This document shows, one piece after another, positions 41,439-50,633 of a stretch of DNA of 64,000 bases. The notes under the pieces were generated by a model. That model was not told the origin of the DNA and searched no databases. It saw only the letters and a program-made list of their open reading frames with translations. Origin of the DNA: an uncultured virus (IMG/VR IMGVR_UViG_2651869845_000001) (taxonomy: Duplodnaviria; Heunggongvirae; Uroviricota; Caudoviricetes); IMG/VR virus record IMGVR_UViG_2651869845_000001; one strand, written 5' to 3'. A program made the position numbers and the translations under genes. Each line of letters starts with the position of its first letter. The stretch's first letter is position 1.

Positions 41439-41852
41439 CTAACCTGCCCTGAGCAGCAACAACGCACCTGGGGCAGACGGTTCAGGTGGGGTGATGTTGA
41501 TGATGTGCCCACTGGTTTCGGGGGTTTGGTGGCGGCGGTTGGTGCGTGCTGCGGTGGCGGCGGCACGGCATGTCCGGCAGCGGCAACCCTGGTTGTTGTA
41601 GCGGGATTCACCGTGCGCGGTGGTGTCCTGACGGACTTTCCGCCCGATCTGCTTGGCCTCCTGGACGGCCTGGGCGAAGCCTGGGTCGGCGCGTTGGTGG
41701 AGGCGGGGCAGGTTGGGGCTGATACCGACGTGGGCGGCGGCGTCCTTGAGGAGCATCCCCGTGGCGAGGGCTTCGAGGTATTGCTGGCGCCGGTCGGGGG
41801 TGAAGGTGACCTGCCTCCCCGGGCGGCGCTTCGCGGCGGCGACCTGGGTCAC
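41439..41852 (-). CDS. HTH protein with C-terminal HG...GCRC..C motif
   Basis: FTPDRRQQYLEALATGMLLKDAAAHVGIS; HGESRYNNQGCRCRTC. Confidence 0.65.
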   Translation of the reverse strand: MTQVAAAKRRPGRQVTFTPDRRQQYLEALATGMLLKDAAAHVGISPNLPRLHQRADPGFAQAVQEAKQIGRKVRQDTTAHGESRYNNQGCRCRTCRAAATAARTNRRHQTPETSGHIINITPPEPSAPGALLLLRAG

Positions 41853-42576
41853 GGGTGCCCGCCCTCACGCACACCCTGCGCCTCACCGTCGGCGGGGTGG
41901 TGGACGCTGGCACTCCGTCCGGTCAGACGGGCCATGCCCTCGTACCCGGCATCCCGCAGCTCGCCACGCAACCGGTTCAGCCCCTCAGCGGTCCACTGGG
42001 GGCGGGCGGTCATCTTCCCCGCCAGGTAGCCGACAGGCAGGGCCATGTCCCAGATACGGCGAACCACGTCGGGGTCGACGTCGGGGAACATCACCTCCGG
42101 TAGACGGGTGGGCCTGCCGACGTGGTCGAGCATGCCCTTGGCGATGAGCCCCGCCAGGTACTGGCCCGAGTCCTCGCAGCGTTCGGTGAGGGCTTGGTCG
42201 ACGACGGTGGGGTTGGCTGGTGGCAGGTTGTGGCTGGTGGTCACGGTCGCACCTCCGGAGTGACGTTGAAGGTTCCGTCACCGGCGAAGACGGCCTTGAT
42301 GTCGGCGAGGGCCATGCCCTCGAACGTCAACCAGCAGGCTGTGCAGGGCTTGCCGTCCAGGGGGACGGGCTCACCGCAGTACCGGCACGGTTCGCCGGGC
42401 TGTTCGGTGCCGTAGCTGCATGGGTGCTCGGGGTGGTGCGGGTGGGTGTTGAAGACGCACGCGTCGCGGGCCTGGGCTGCGCAGGCTCGGCAGAGGTCGG
42501 AGTCTGGGTCGCGCCAGTGCTGTTGGTACGTCTCGTCGCAGCGGAGGCAGTGGAAGGTCGGCTGGCTGGTGGTCAT
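41849..42576 (-). other. Two hypothetical CDSs (41849-42244, 42241-42576)
   Basis: Coupled ORFs; the second is Cys-rich. Confidence 0.55.
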
Positions 42577-43460
42577 GCGGCGGGCTCCAGTGCGGCGGGG
42601 GTGGGGAGGTTGAGGGGCAGGTGGGTGTGGTGGGTGGCGGGTACGAGGCGGAGCGCGCGCCGCAGGGGGTGCGGCGCGCGCTCGGGGCTCCTGGCGGGTG
42701 TGCGGCGGCCGCGCGGTAGGTGCTCGTACCCGGGGAGGATCAGCTGCACGGGTCGGGTGGGGGCGATACGGCGCTGCCGGATGCCGTCCGTCGTCGGCGC
42801 CGCCGCGTACGGCCAGGTTCCGTCGGGGCGGATCCGGGTCGACGGGGGGAGGATCCGGTGCTGCACCGCGGCGGCAAGGAGTTGGGCGCGGGTCGCGGTT
42901 TCCCTGTCCAGCCCGAGCATCGTGACGAGGGCGCTGCGGTGCCAGTTGGCGGTGCGGACGTCCATGCCGGCCCGGTATGCCACCAGCTCCGGGTCCGTCT
43001 CCCTGGCCAGGGAGCGGAGCACGGCGAGTTTCTGGGGGGTGCGGGCGTCCGCGACCGCCAGACGTGGGGTGTCCACCGCGGCGGGCAGGGTGCCATTTTG
43101 TGCTGCGGTCACGGCGGCGGCCCGGCGGGCGATCAGGGCCCGGTGCCGGGCCAGAGGGTGCTCACCTCCGAAGATGCCTTCCGGCTCCGCCAGATGCCCG
43201 TCCTCGGTCTCCGTGTTGGCGTACGCCGCACACAGGGCCCGTACCGGGCACCACCCGCAGATACGGACCGCGGCACGCTCCCGCGCCAGGCGCACACGCT
43301 GCGGCTCCTGACCGTCCCCCGTATACGGGGCCCACGCATCGACGGACACGTCCGGGTCGCCGGCCGACCGGCGCGGATCATCCTCGTCGGGGGCGCACCC
43401 CCGGTACTTGTACATCGGGTCGTCCGTCAACTGCTGGCGTGCGAGCTTCGGGTCGGTCAT
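42573..43460 (-). CDS. WhiB-like domain fused to LuxR-like HTH region
   Basis: YRGC...AVRICGWCPVRALC...EGIFGG; LVAYRAGMDVRTANWHRSALVTMLG. Confidence 0.65.
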   Translation of the reverse strand: MTDPKLARQQLTDDPMYKYRGCAPDEDDPRRSAGDPDVSVDAWAPYTGDGQEPQRVRLARERAAVRICGWCPVRALCAAYANTETEDGHLAEPEGIFGGEHPLARHRALIARRAAAVTAAQNGTLPAAVDTPRLAVADARTPQKLAVLRSLARETDPELVAYRAGMDVRTANWHRSALVTMLGLDRETATRAQLLAAAVQHRILPPSTRIRPDGTWPYAAAPTTDGIRQRRIAPTRPVQLILPGYEHLPRGRRTPARSPERAPHPLRRALRLVPATHHTHLPLNLPTPAALEPAA

Positions 43461-44045
43461 CTCGGTCTCCCCTCGGTCGGGTCGGTGGGTGCGTAGAGGG
43501 CGAGAGCCCGGGTCAGTTCGAGATCAGCGGCCTCAAGGACCGGTGCCGCAGCCCGTGCCGCGGTCAGCCGGTTGCGTAGGGCGGTCATGTCACGGTGGTG
43601 ACCCGCCTCCATGAGGCGGGCCCGAGCACGTTCCGCGGCGAGAGCCCGGGTGAGGGCTCGCAGCCGCCGCCACACGGCCAAGATCAGAGCGACGAGAGGG
43701 GCGGCGGTGAGCGCCACCACAGGAATCCAGGACAAGGCGATCACCTCCACAGTGGGGTGCCTGGGGTTAGGGGTTGGGCGGGGTCAGGGTGGGCGGGTCG
43801 TACAGGGCCTCGTACCGGCGCCGGGCGTCCACCAGGGCCGCGGTCTCCGCGTCACGGATGGCCTGCTGGCGGAGCTGCAGTTCGTCCTCCGCACGGGCCA
43901 TCGCGGTCCGGTGGGCGCGGGTGTTCGTGAACACGTCCGGGTCCGGGCCGCGGCGGCGCAGCCACCATGCGTGGACGGCAGGCCCGCCGCCCCAGCCCCA
44001 CGCGATCAAAACGGCGCCCACGATGTACCAAACGGTGTCGCTCAC
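43457..44045 (-). other. Two small membrane-anchored CDSs (43457-43750, 43767-~44045)
   Basis: N-terminal hydrophobic helices. Confidence 0.55.
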
Positions 44046-44127
44046 AGCGGCCTCCTCACAGGTCCGGAGAGCAGAACGGCCGGCCCTCACACTGGGGGCC
44101 GGCCGGATGGTGTAGAGGTGCGTGTCG

Positions 44128-44931
44128 TCAGGCTGCGGCCACCAACGCGGCCTGGTTTCTGTGGGCGGTGCGGGCGTCCCGGCAGGGTGCACAGACCGGG
44201 ATGCCGATGCGGTAGTGGCTGCGGCGCCCGTCGGGTGTGCCGCACTTTCCGGTCCAGTCGGCGAACGCCTCCGGGGCATCGATCGTGTCGTCATCCCAGC
44301 AGCCGACCGGCGCCCAGTTGTGCTGTACCGCGATGCGCCGGGCGGCTTCCGCCCGGTGGGCAGGCACACCACCGTCGACAGGTTCGACACGCCACAGTTG
44401 GTCATACAGGCCGCTCACCGCACGGACGGTGCCCACCTGGACCAGGGTGCCGGTGATGGTCTTGCTGAGGTTCGCCTGGTGCATTCCGGTCCGCCGGGCC
44501 AGCTCGGATTGGGGCCAGCCCTTCGCGACGAGCGCCTGCAAACGGCGCCGGGTTCCTGTGCCGTCAACGGCAACGCGCGCCCCGAGATTGTCCAGTGTGG
44601 GTTGTACCGCGAGGATCGCCAGAGCATTCTTCGGTAGGAGCCTCTTCGACGGCGCGAGACCACGCTGTGGATCCCCGTACAGCAGCTTGGAAACAGAGCC
44701 GCGCGGGACGCCGGCCAGTCGAGCCAGCCGCATCCACCCGATACCGAACTCGCCCAGATTACGCACGTGGGCTCGGACAGGTTCAGCATCGACGAAGGGC
44801 TGCCAGCGGCCGTACGCGATGGCCCGGCGCCGGTTGTTGTCGTACTCGCTGGCAGCCGTGCAGCACGGGGCGCAGCGGCATCTCTCCAGGTGGTACTTCG
44901 CGTTTGTCCCGTGCCTGCGCGGGGCGCCCAT
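44128..44931 (-). CDS. Multi-HTH regulator with HGT...CRC..C Zn motif, paralogue of 25505-26437
   Basis: HGTNAKYHLERCRCAPC; LARLAGVPRGSVSKL; RRLQALVAKGW; CWDDDTIDAP. Confidence 0.7.
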   Translation of the reverse strand: MGAPRRHGTNAKYHLERCRCAPCCTAASEYDNNRRRAIAYGRWQPFVDAEPVRAHVRNLGEFGIGWMRLARLAGVPRGSVSKLLYGDPQRGLAPSKRLLPKNALAILAVQPTLDNLGARVAVDGTGTRRRLQALVAKGWPQSELARRTGMHQANLSKTITGTLVQVGTVRAVSGLYDQLWRVEPVDGGVPAHRAEAARRIAVQHNWAPVGCWDDDTIDAPEAFADWTGKCGTPDGRRSHYRIGIPVCAPCRDARTAHRNQAALVAAA

Positions 44932-46088
44932 CAGGCGGCGCTCCTTCCCGCGTCGGCGTCCTGGGTGGCCTGCTGGCTCTGGTGGCGCTGCTTCTGCGTG
45001 AAGGCGATCAGGTCACCGATTTTCGTGGGCTCACCATCCAGTCCAGGGACCAGAGCACCCAACTGGCCGCTCTGCTCCAACCGGATACGCAGTGCGCGGA
45101 TACCGTCCGGGTTGGTTGTCGGGTCCTTCACTCGCGCACCGGAGCCCATCAGACGGATCAGCGCACCCAAGGAGGTGGCCTGCTTGCCCAGGTCCAGGAC
45201 CGCGGCGCCCACCAAGCCCGCGGTCTCCGCGTCAGCCAGGAGGTTAAGGAGCTGCTGCGGGGTCTGCTGCGGGTCCACAGCCATCCGCGCGTAGTCCATG
45301 ACACCCAGGGCATTCCCCTCACCGTCGTCCAACCACTGCGCGATCGTCTGGCCGAAGGCGAACTCGGGCTTGTCGTGCTGCGACCCGACCTCGATGGTTG
45401 GGTACCGGGACTTGTCGACCGTCAACACATGCGACTGATCGAGGGCGCCGACCAAGTCGAACTCGTAGTCGATGCCGTCACGCTGGTCGAGCTTCATGCC
45501 GACCTTCGTGGGTTCCTTCTTGCCCTGGTTGTTCTCCTGGATGACCCACTCGGTCTTCACACGCATCGTGGTGATGACGTGCCCCGGGTAAGAAAGGATC
45601 GCGTCCAGCATGTCGAGGAGGAGCGGAGACACGTCCTTCCAGCCGGTCGTGAAGGCGTTCTTCGAGTTGGAGTTCCTTGTCTTCTGGTCGACCTGGGCGA
45701 GGGCCCCACCGCGGCCGGACCAGAAGTGCGTGAAGGAGTCGATGATGACGACGTCGATACCGCGGGCAGCAGCCACCGCCAGGGCTCGAATGAGTGCCTG
45801 CGGTTCGAAGCTGGGGAGCTTCATCGTCTTGAACGTGAACAGGCCGGCGTACTTGGAGGCGGACCCACGCTCGGTGTCGATGACCCCCAGAGTTCCACCC
45901 TCCGGCAGGAGCCCTGTGCCGATGCTGAGTGCCGTGTAGGTCTTCCCCGACCCGGATGGTCCGGTGAGAGCGATGCGGGCCTTCTCCGCGGCGCGTACGG
46001 CGTCTTCGAAGTCGAGGCCGTCAGCCTGATTTTGGGTGTGGGAAGTGGGACCGCCCGCGGATGCGGCGGCCTGAATGGCCTGCGCCAT
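44931..46088 (-). CDS. Phage AAA_24 / Sak4-like P-loop ATPase
   Basis: GPSGSGKT, VIDTERGSA, VIIDSFTHFW, QRDGIDYEFD, KSR. Confidence 0.88.
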   Translation of the reverse strand: MAQAIQAAASAGGPTSHTQNQADGLDFEDAVRAAEKARIALTGPSGSGKTYTALSIGTGLLPEGGTLGVIDTERGSASKYAGLFTFKTMKLPSFEPQALIRALAVAAARGIDVVIIDSFTHFWSGRGGALAQVDQKTRNSNSKNAFTTGWKDVSPLLLDMLDAILSYPGHVITTMRVKTEWVIQENNQGKKEPTKVGMKLDQRDGIDYEFDLVGALDQSHVLTVDKSRYPTIEVGSQHDKPEFAFGQTIAQWLDDGEGNALGVMDYARMAVDPQQTPQQLLNLLADAETAGLVGAAVLDLGKQATSLGALIRLMGSGARVKDPTTNPDGIRALRIRLEQSGQLGALVPGLDGEPTKIGDLIAFTQKQRHQSQQATQDADAGRSAA

Positions 46089-46168
46089 GAGGTCTCTCCT
46101 ATGGGTGATGACTGGTGCGGTGATGCGGGACCCGGTTGTCGGCGTCCAGGCCCGCACCACCGCGGGCA

Positions 46169-46699
46169 CTACTCGGTGCCCGAGCTCTCCGAGCCGTACG
46201 GCCCGATCCCGTAATGCGCATACAAGGCGTGCGCGGCCACCGTCGACACGAACAGCCCCGTACGCTGCTGCGACACCTTCAGCTCACGGCACCGGGCAGC
46301 AACATCCGCGTGCAGATCCTTGTCAGGCGTCACATTCAAAATGGCGCGCGTCTCGCCGGCACCCCGGGTAGCCCGCGGTTCCTTCTCCGGCATCCACTCC
46401 CCGTCCAGGAACCGGCGGAAGTAGTCCTCGACCACCCGGGTCGGCGACTCCCCCGCAGCCTTCGCGAGACGCTTCACCTGGTCCTTGCGGCTGGTGGGCA
46501 TGCTCACCGGGAGGTTGGGGTTCCGGTCGTCGTCACTGTCGAGACGGTCGACGCGGATCCGGCCGACGAACGCCACACCCTGGGGGGAGAGGACGTAGTC
46601 GACGGACTCGGCAAGGTCTACCCGGTCGGTGTCGCGGAGGACTTGGGCTGCGGTGACCAGGTTGTCGCGGTGCTGCTGGTCGTCGGGCTTGAGGGCCAC
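46169..46699 (-). CDS. Tandem ribbon-helix-helix-like DNA-binding protein (candidate repressor)
   Basis: NLPVSMPTSRKDQVKRLAKAAGESPTRVVEDYFRRF and ILNVTPDKDLHADVAARC...VSTVAAHAL; AAGGA RBS before GTG 46699 (alternative ATG 46789). Confidence 0.6.
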   Translation of the reverse strand: MALKPDDQQHRDNLVTAAQVLRDTDRVDLAESVDYVLSPQGVAFVGRIRVDRLDSDDDRNPNLPVSMPTSRKDQVKRLAKAAGESPTRVVEDYFRRFLDGEWMPEKEPRATRGAGETRAILNVTPDKDLHADVAARCRELKVSQQRTGLFVSTVAAHALYAHYGIGPYGSESSGTE

Positions 46700-46792
46700 T
46701 CGGGGTCCTTTCGGCGGGCGCCGCAGGGACCGGGTGGTTCGGCCGGGCGGGCGCGTGGTGGGGGCGTTGGCCACGCCAGTGTCCTCCATTCG

Positions 46793-46810
46793 GTAGTGCC
46801 ATTGCCATAC
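46793..46810. promoter_or_regulatory. Degenerate operator O6
   Basis: GTAGTG-ccattg-CCATAC; same core geometry as the full operators and the same spacer as O5. Confidence 0.55.
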
Positions 46811-46869
46811 GGGATGTTGGCGGGGTGGCAGAGGGGTTGGTGGTGCGTGCTGTCCCAGACTCTACGCCC

Positions 46870-46893
46870 AATGTATTGCAATGGCAATACATT
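46870..46893. promoter_or_regulatory. Palindromic operator O5 / bidirectional promoter
   Basis: AATGTATTG-caatgg-CAATACATT; + strand TTGCAA-17nt-TACGGT, - strand TTGCCA-17nt-TAGAGT. Confidence 0.88.
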
Positions 46894-46935
46894 GGGTCTA
46901 CGGTGGGGACCACACCACAAGCAGCGGGGGCCCAA

Positions 46936-47325
46936 ATGCGCATCACCAACCGGCAGACCACCACCAAGACCCTCGCCGACCTCTACCGGGCTCTCGACCA
47001 CCAGCACGCCGTCAGCGTCACCTATCGGAAGGAGACCGGCGAAGAGTCGGTCCGGACCATCGAGATCGAAGACATCCGCACCACCAAGTCCGGCAACATC
47101 ATCATCCGCGCCTACGACCGGGCCACCGGAGAAGCCCGCACCTTCCGTCTGACCGGCATCCTCACCTACACCTGCCACCGCAGCACCTACCAGGTCCCCC
47201 GCCTCAGCGAGGACACTGAGCAGCACCTGCCCGTACCGACCACCGCCGCCGCGCTCATCGCCTACGAAATCAACCGGGACACCATCGCCGCCGTGCACCG
47301 CACCCGCACTACGCTCGCCGCCTGA
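46936..47325 (+). CDS. Stand-alone WYL-domain protein
   Basis: AVSVTYRKETGEESVRTIE...IRAYDRATGEARTFRLTGI. Confidence 0.85.
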   Translation: MRITNRQTTTKTLADLYRALDHQHAVSVTYRKETGEESVRTIEIEDIRTTKSGNIIIRAYDRATGEARTFRLTGILTYTCHRSTYQVPRLSEDTEQHLPVPTTAAALIAYEINRDTIAAVHRTRTTLAA

Positions 47326-47340
47326 TAGGAGAATCCAGCC

Positions 47341-47484
47341 ATGAAGACGTACACCCTGACGATGCGCATCGAAGCCGACGACGACGCGAACGCTGAGCAG
47401 ATCCGCGAAGAGCTCTACGACGCCGCTGGCGACGTTCCGTTCGGCTTCGACATCACGGAGGTCAGCGAGACGGACAATCACTGA
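47341..47484 (+). CDS. Small acidic protein
   Basis: 47 aa read by eye (MKTYTLTMRIEADDDANAEQIREELYD...); AGGAG RBS. Confidence 0.55.
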   Translation: MKTYTLTMRIEADDDANAEQIREELYDAAGDVPFGFDITEVSETDNH

Positions 47485-47506
47485 TAGGGCAGAGACCCGG
47501 CATGAG

Positions 47507-47539
47507 AAGGCCACCTACCCGCCCGGGTGGTGGCCTTTG
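47507..47539. terminator. Probable terminator
   Basis: AAGGCCACC...GGTGGCCTT stem. Confidence 0.55.
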
Positions 47540-47625
47540 GTCATACGCCGCTGACGACGCGGACAGCGTAGCGGATCACGGCTCCCCACCACCACCCAAC
47601 CCGCCAACCAGCCACAATTGGACCC

Positions 47626-47829
47626 ATGAGACACCGCCCGAAACGACAGCCCGCACTCGTCGGAACCGCCGGACTGGCCAGGGTCAAGATCGTTTGCACC
47701 GAATGCAAAAGGGAGTTGACCGACAAGGTCTCGCGAGCCCGCCGGAAGGGACCTGAGTGCGACCCCGAGCCCCGCAACGGGCAAGGACCCGACCACCACG
47801 TCGACCAAGACCCGCTCCCCGGCACCTGA
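47626..47829 (+). CDS. Small Zn-finger protein
   Basis: CTECKRELTDKVSRARRKGPEC. Confidence 0.55.
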   Translation: MRHRPKRQPALVGTAGLARVKIVCTECKRELTDKVSRARRKGPECDPEPRNGQGPDHHVDQDPLPGT

Positions 47830-47830
47830 C

Positions 47831-48916
47831 TCAGCCCGGCCGGCCCGGCAACGGGGCCACGTCCACCGACCTGCGCAACTGCTCCATGCGTGTCGGCATC
47901 GGCTCCCACCCATGCTGACCCCCCATCACAAAGTTCAACGCTGTCACCCCACGCACATAGGCTTTCCGCAGGCCGATCGGGCTCAACGGCAACCCCACCA
48001 CCCCGCCGGCACCCGTCGTCTTCAACGTCACCCACAACGCCGTCCGGGCACCCTCCAACGGCAGCAGGTTCACCAGGCGCTCCCGGACCTCCAACCACCG
48101 GCGCACCGCCACCCGCGACCCCTCCCGCAGCGCGTACCACTCCACCTCCGGCAACTCCCCCAGCTCCGCCACCGCAGCCAAAACCCGCTGCCGAGTCGCC
48201 TCCGACACCTGATCCAACCGCCCCCACAAGACCTGCTCCACCGCCGACGGCCGGACCTCAGCCAACGCCGCGATCTGCTCCGCACGGTTCGGGGGGCCCT
48301 TCTGCTGCCGCCGGCGAACCCCCACCGCAGCCTCACCCTCCACCAGATCGTCCACCCGCATGCGGGCCAACTCCCCCGACCGGGCCCGCGAGTCCAACAC
48401 GACCGCCACCATCGCCAACGTCCGCGTCCGATCCTCGAACGACAAGGCCGTACCCGCCGACTCCAGCGGCCCAGCCGCCGCCAGGTCCACCAACCCCCGG
48501 TACAAGGCATCCAGGCCCCGCGGCGCCACGGTCTCCCTCAGATCCGGCTCCCCCACCGACGGCAACCACAACCGCCGGCCTGCGGGCAGAACCCGGCGCC
48601 CCAAGATGTGCAGGCAGTCCCGCACAATCCGCTGCGTCGCCAACGGCAACTCCGTTCCGCGGTCCTCCTCCCGGGCCCGCAGCTCGCCGGCCACCGCCAG
48701 ATCCCAGAACACCCGCAGCACCGGCAAGGTGAAGAACTGCTGGCACCGGCGCAGAGACCGGTCCCCCATCTCCGGCCGGCCCACCGCCCGGTCCCACATC
48801 CCCAGGACCATCCGCAGCTGCTGCATCCGCTGCGACGACACCTCCCCCACCATGCCGTCGACCACCGCGGACAACTGCCGGACGGACGCGGCGTCGTACT
48901 GCCTGGGCACAGTCAC
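47831..48916 (-). CDS. Tyrosine-recombinase-fold protein lacking the catalytic Tyr, with LacI-like HTH insertion
   Basis: RTLAMVAVVLDSRARSGELARMRVDDL (box I); ends shortly after EQLRRS; insert IAALAEVRPSAVEQVL...VSEATRQRVLAAVAELG. Confidence 0.7.
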   Translation of the reverse strand: MTVPRQYDAASVRQLSAVVDGMVGEVSSQRMQQLRMVLGMWDRAVGRPEMGDRSLRRCQQFFTLPVLRVFWDLAVAGELRAREEDRGTELPLATQRIVRDCLHILGRRVLPAGRRLWLPSVGEPDLRETVAPRGLDALYRGLVDLAAAGPLESAGTALSFEDRTRTLAMVAVVLDSRARSGELARMRVDDLVEGEAAVGVRRRQQKGPPNRAEQIAALAEVRPSAVEQVLWGRLDQVSEATRQRVLAAVAELGELPEVEWYALREGSRVAVRRWLEVRERLVNLLPLEGARTALWVTLKTTGAGGVVGLPLSPIGLRKAYVRGVTALNFVMGGQHGWEPMPTRMEQLRRSVDVAPLPGRPG

Positions 48917-48984
48917 TCCTCTTCGTCTGTGGCGGGTAGCCGTTCAGCGATACGCGCCGCGATTCACGTGGCCCCTTGTGGCCG

Positions 48985-49608
48985 TCAGCCCGTCAGCGGG
49001 TGTTGCAGGTTCAGTAGGACGCAGATGTCGGTGCTGTCGTACGCCCAGCGGGCTACTCCGCCGTCTTCTTCCAGATGCAGCAGCGTTCGACTGGGCAGAG
49101 TGGTGCCGACCTCCAGCGGAATCCGCGAGGGTCGAACAATGGTCGGCATCGTCAGCGGCTCTGGTATGACGCATCCTGCCGTGTAGGACACTCCCGTTGA
49201 GAGCGTGACGACGATGTCCTCGGACCACTCCACAATGCCGTCCTCGTCGGCGGCGTTTTGGCCGAGGTCCAGGCGCACAGTGAACGGGTCGGGTAGGTCA
49301 GTCAGCGCTGCTGCGTTGGCGGCCCGCTCTGTATCGGGCCGCGGCGCCGTGCCGACTCCGATGTGAACCATGGCGAACCGGCCGGCGCCGACCGCAGCGT
49401 GGATGTCGAGGAAGGCGGCAACCTGGTGTACGGGCCAGCGCCCCGGGGTCAGGCGGTGCATCTGCCCGACGGCGGCCACGAACCCGGGGGTGAAGTGGTC
49501 GCTACCAGCAAGCCGGTTGCGCGTCCGAACGAGCGCAGCGGCCGTGTGCTCGCGGGTCATCATGCGATCGAGGACAGCGTGCGCGCCGCGTTCGTGGCTG
49601 GTGGTCAC
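48985..49608 (-). CDS. Hypothetical protein
   Basis: 207 aa, GTGA overlap with the recombinase gene. Confidence 0.6.
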   Translation of the reverse strand: MTTSHERGAHAVLDRMMTREHTAAALVRTRNRLAGSDHFTPGFVAAVGQMHRLTPGRWPVHQVAAFLDIHAAVGAGRFAMVHIGVGTAPRPDTERAANAAALTDLPDPFTVRLDLGQNAADEDGIVEWSEDIVVTLSTGVSYTAGCVIPEPLTMPTIVRPSRIPLEVGTTLPSRTLLHLEEDGGVARWAYDSTDICVLLNLQHPLTG

Positions 49609-50633
49609 AGGCCGATTCCGATCAACGCGTTGTCGGTTTCATCCCACTGGTCAACGATGCGCATGTAGCCGTCCAGCACCTTGGAACCGTCCTTGTGCCC
49701 GGTGATCGCCGCGATGGCCTTACGGTCCTTGCCCTTGCGACGTGCCTCTGTCGCCATGCCGGAGCGTACCGAGTGGCCCGTGAACAATTCCTCGTATCCG
49801 GCACGCAGCCCTGCTGCGGTGATGATATCGCCGGCCCGCTGCGGCGTCAGGCCCTGCGGCTGGACGCTGCCCGTGTGGTGGAGACGGCGAAACGCATGCC
49901 GGTCCGGGTCGGTGATCCCGGCCGCCTCCTGCCACGCCTTCCAGGCCCGCACAGGGCACGTCAGCACGTGCTCCCCGTACGGGACAGGAACGGTACGTGG
50001 GTCAGTCTTGGAGACGCGCACGTCGACCAGGAGGCCCTTCTCGTCATCGCGGATGTTCCGCAGCCGCAGCCCGGCCAGCTCCGCCCGGCGGGCCGCGATG
50101 GAGAACCCGAGGAGCAGCATGGCCCGGTCCCGGAGCCCGAACACGTCATCGCCGCACAGCGACACAATGTGCTGCAGGTCAGCCAGCCGCATAGCGGGCG
50201 CCTTACCGCGGCCCCGCGCGGGCTCCTCGTCTTCCTCGGACTTCTTCCGGTAGTCCTTGAGCAGTTCCCGGGCGGCTTTGGTGGCGTTCGGGTCGACGAC
50301 GACGCTGTACTGGGTGCGCAGGGTCACGGTGACCCCGGCGAGCTTCCGGTCGATGGTGGCGTACGCGCGCTTCTCCCGGTTCCACAGGTAGTCAACGAAG
50401 GCGCGGAGGGTGCCTCGGGTGGCTGCGGTGGTGGGGATCTGGAACTGCTCGCAGAACAGGGTCCAGGTCTTCCAGTCGCCAGCGTAGGCGCGAGTGGTGT
50501 TGTCGGGGCGCTGCTCCTGGGCGTGGCTGTCGGAAGCCCGGTCGAGGGCGGCGAGGCGGGCAAGCAGTTCGGCGTCGAACTCTGCGGGAAGGAGCGGGCG
50601 TCCGGTCGATCTGGTAGGCAGGTGGGCGGTCAC
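49605..50633 (-). CDS. Cre-like tyrosine recombinase (342 aa)
   Basis: NTTRAYAGDW core-binding domain; RDRAMLLLGFSIAARRAEL, VSKTD, GHSVRSGMAT, TGH, VLDGY. Confidence 0.9.
   Translation of the reverse strand: MTAHLPTRSTGRPLLPAEFDAELLARLAALDRASDSHAQEQRPDNTTRAYAGDWKTWTLFCEQFQIPTTAATRGTLRAFVDYLWNREKRAYATIDRKLAGVTVTLRTQYSVVVDPNATKAARELLKDYRKKSEEDEEPARGRGKAPAMRLADLQHIVSLCGDDVFGLRDRAMLLLGFSIAARRAELAGLRLRNIRDDEKGLLVDVRVSKTDPRTVPVPYGEHVLTCPVRAWKAWQEAAGITDPDRHAFRRLHHTGSVQPQGLTPQRAGDIITAAGLRAGYEELFTGHSVRSGMATEARRKGKDRKAIAAITGHKDGSKVLDGYMRIVDQWDETDNALIGIGL

Noticed and set aside
49605..50633. Prophage integrase with attP
   Set aside because: No N-terminal arm-binding domain, Cre-like size and motifs, and no tRNA-like att core seen nearby
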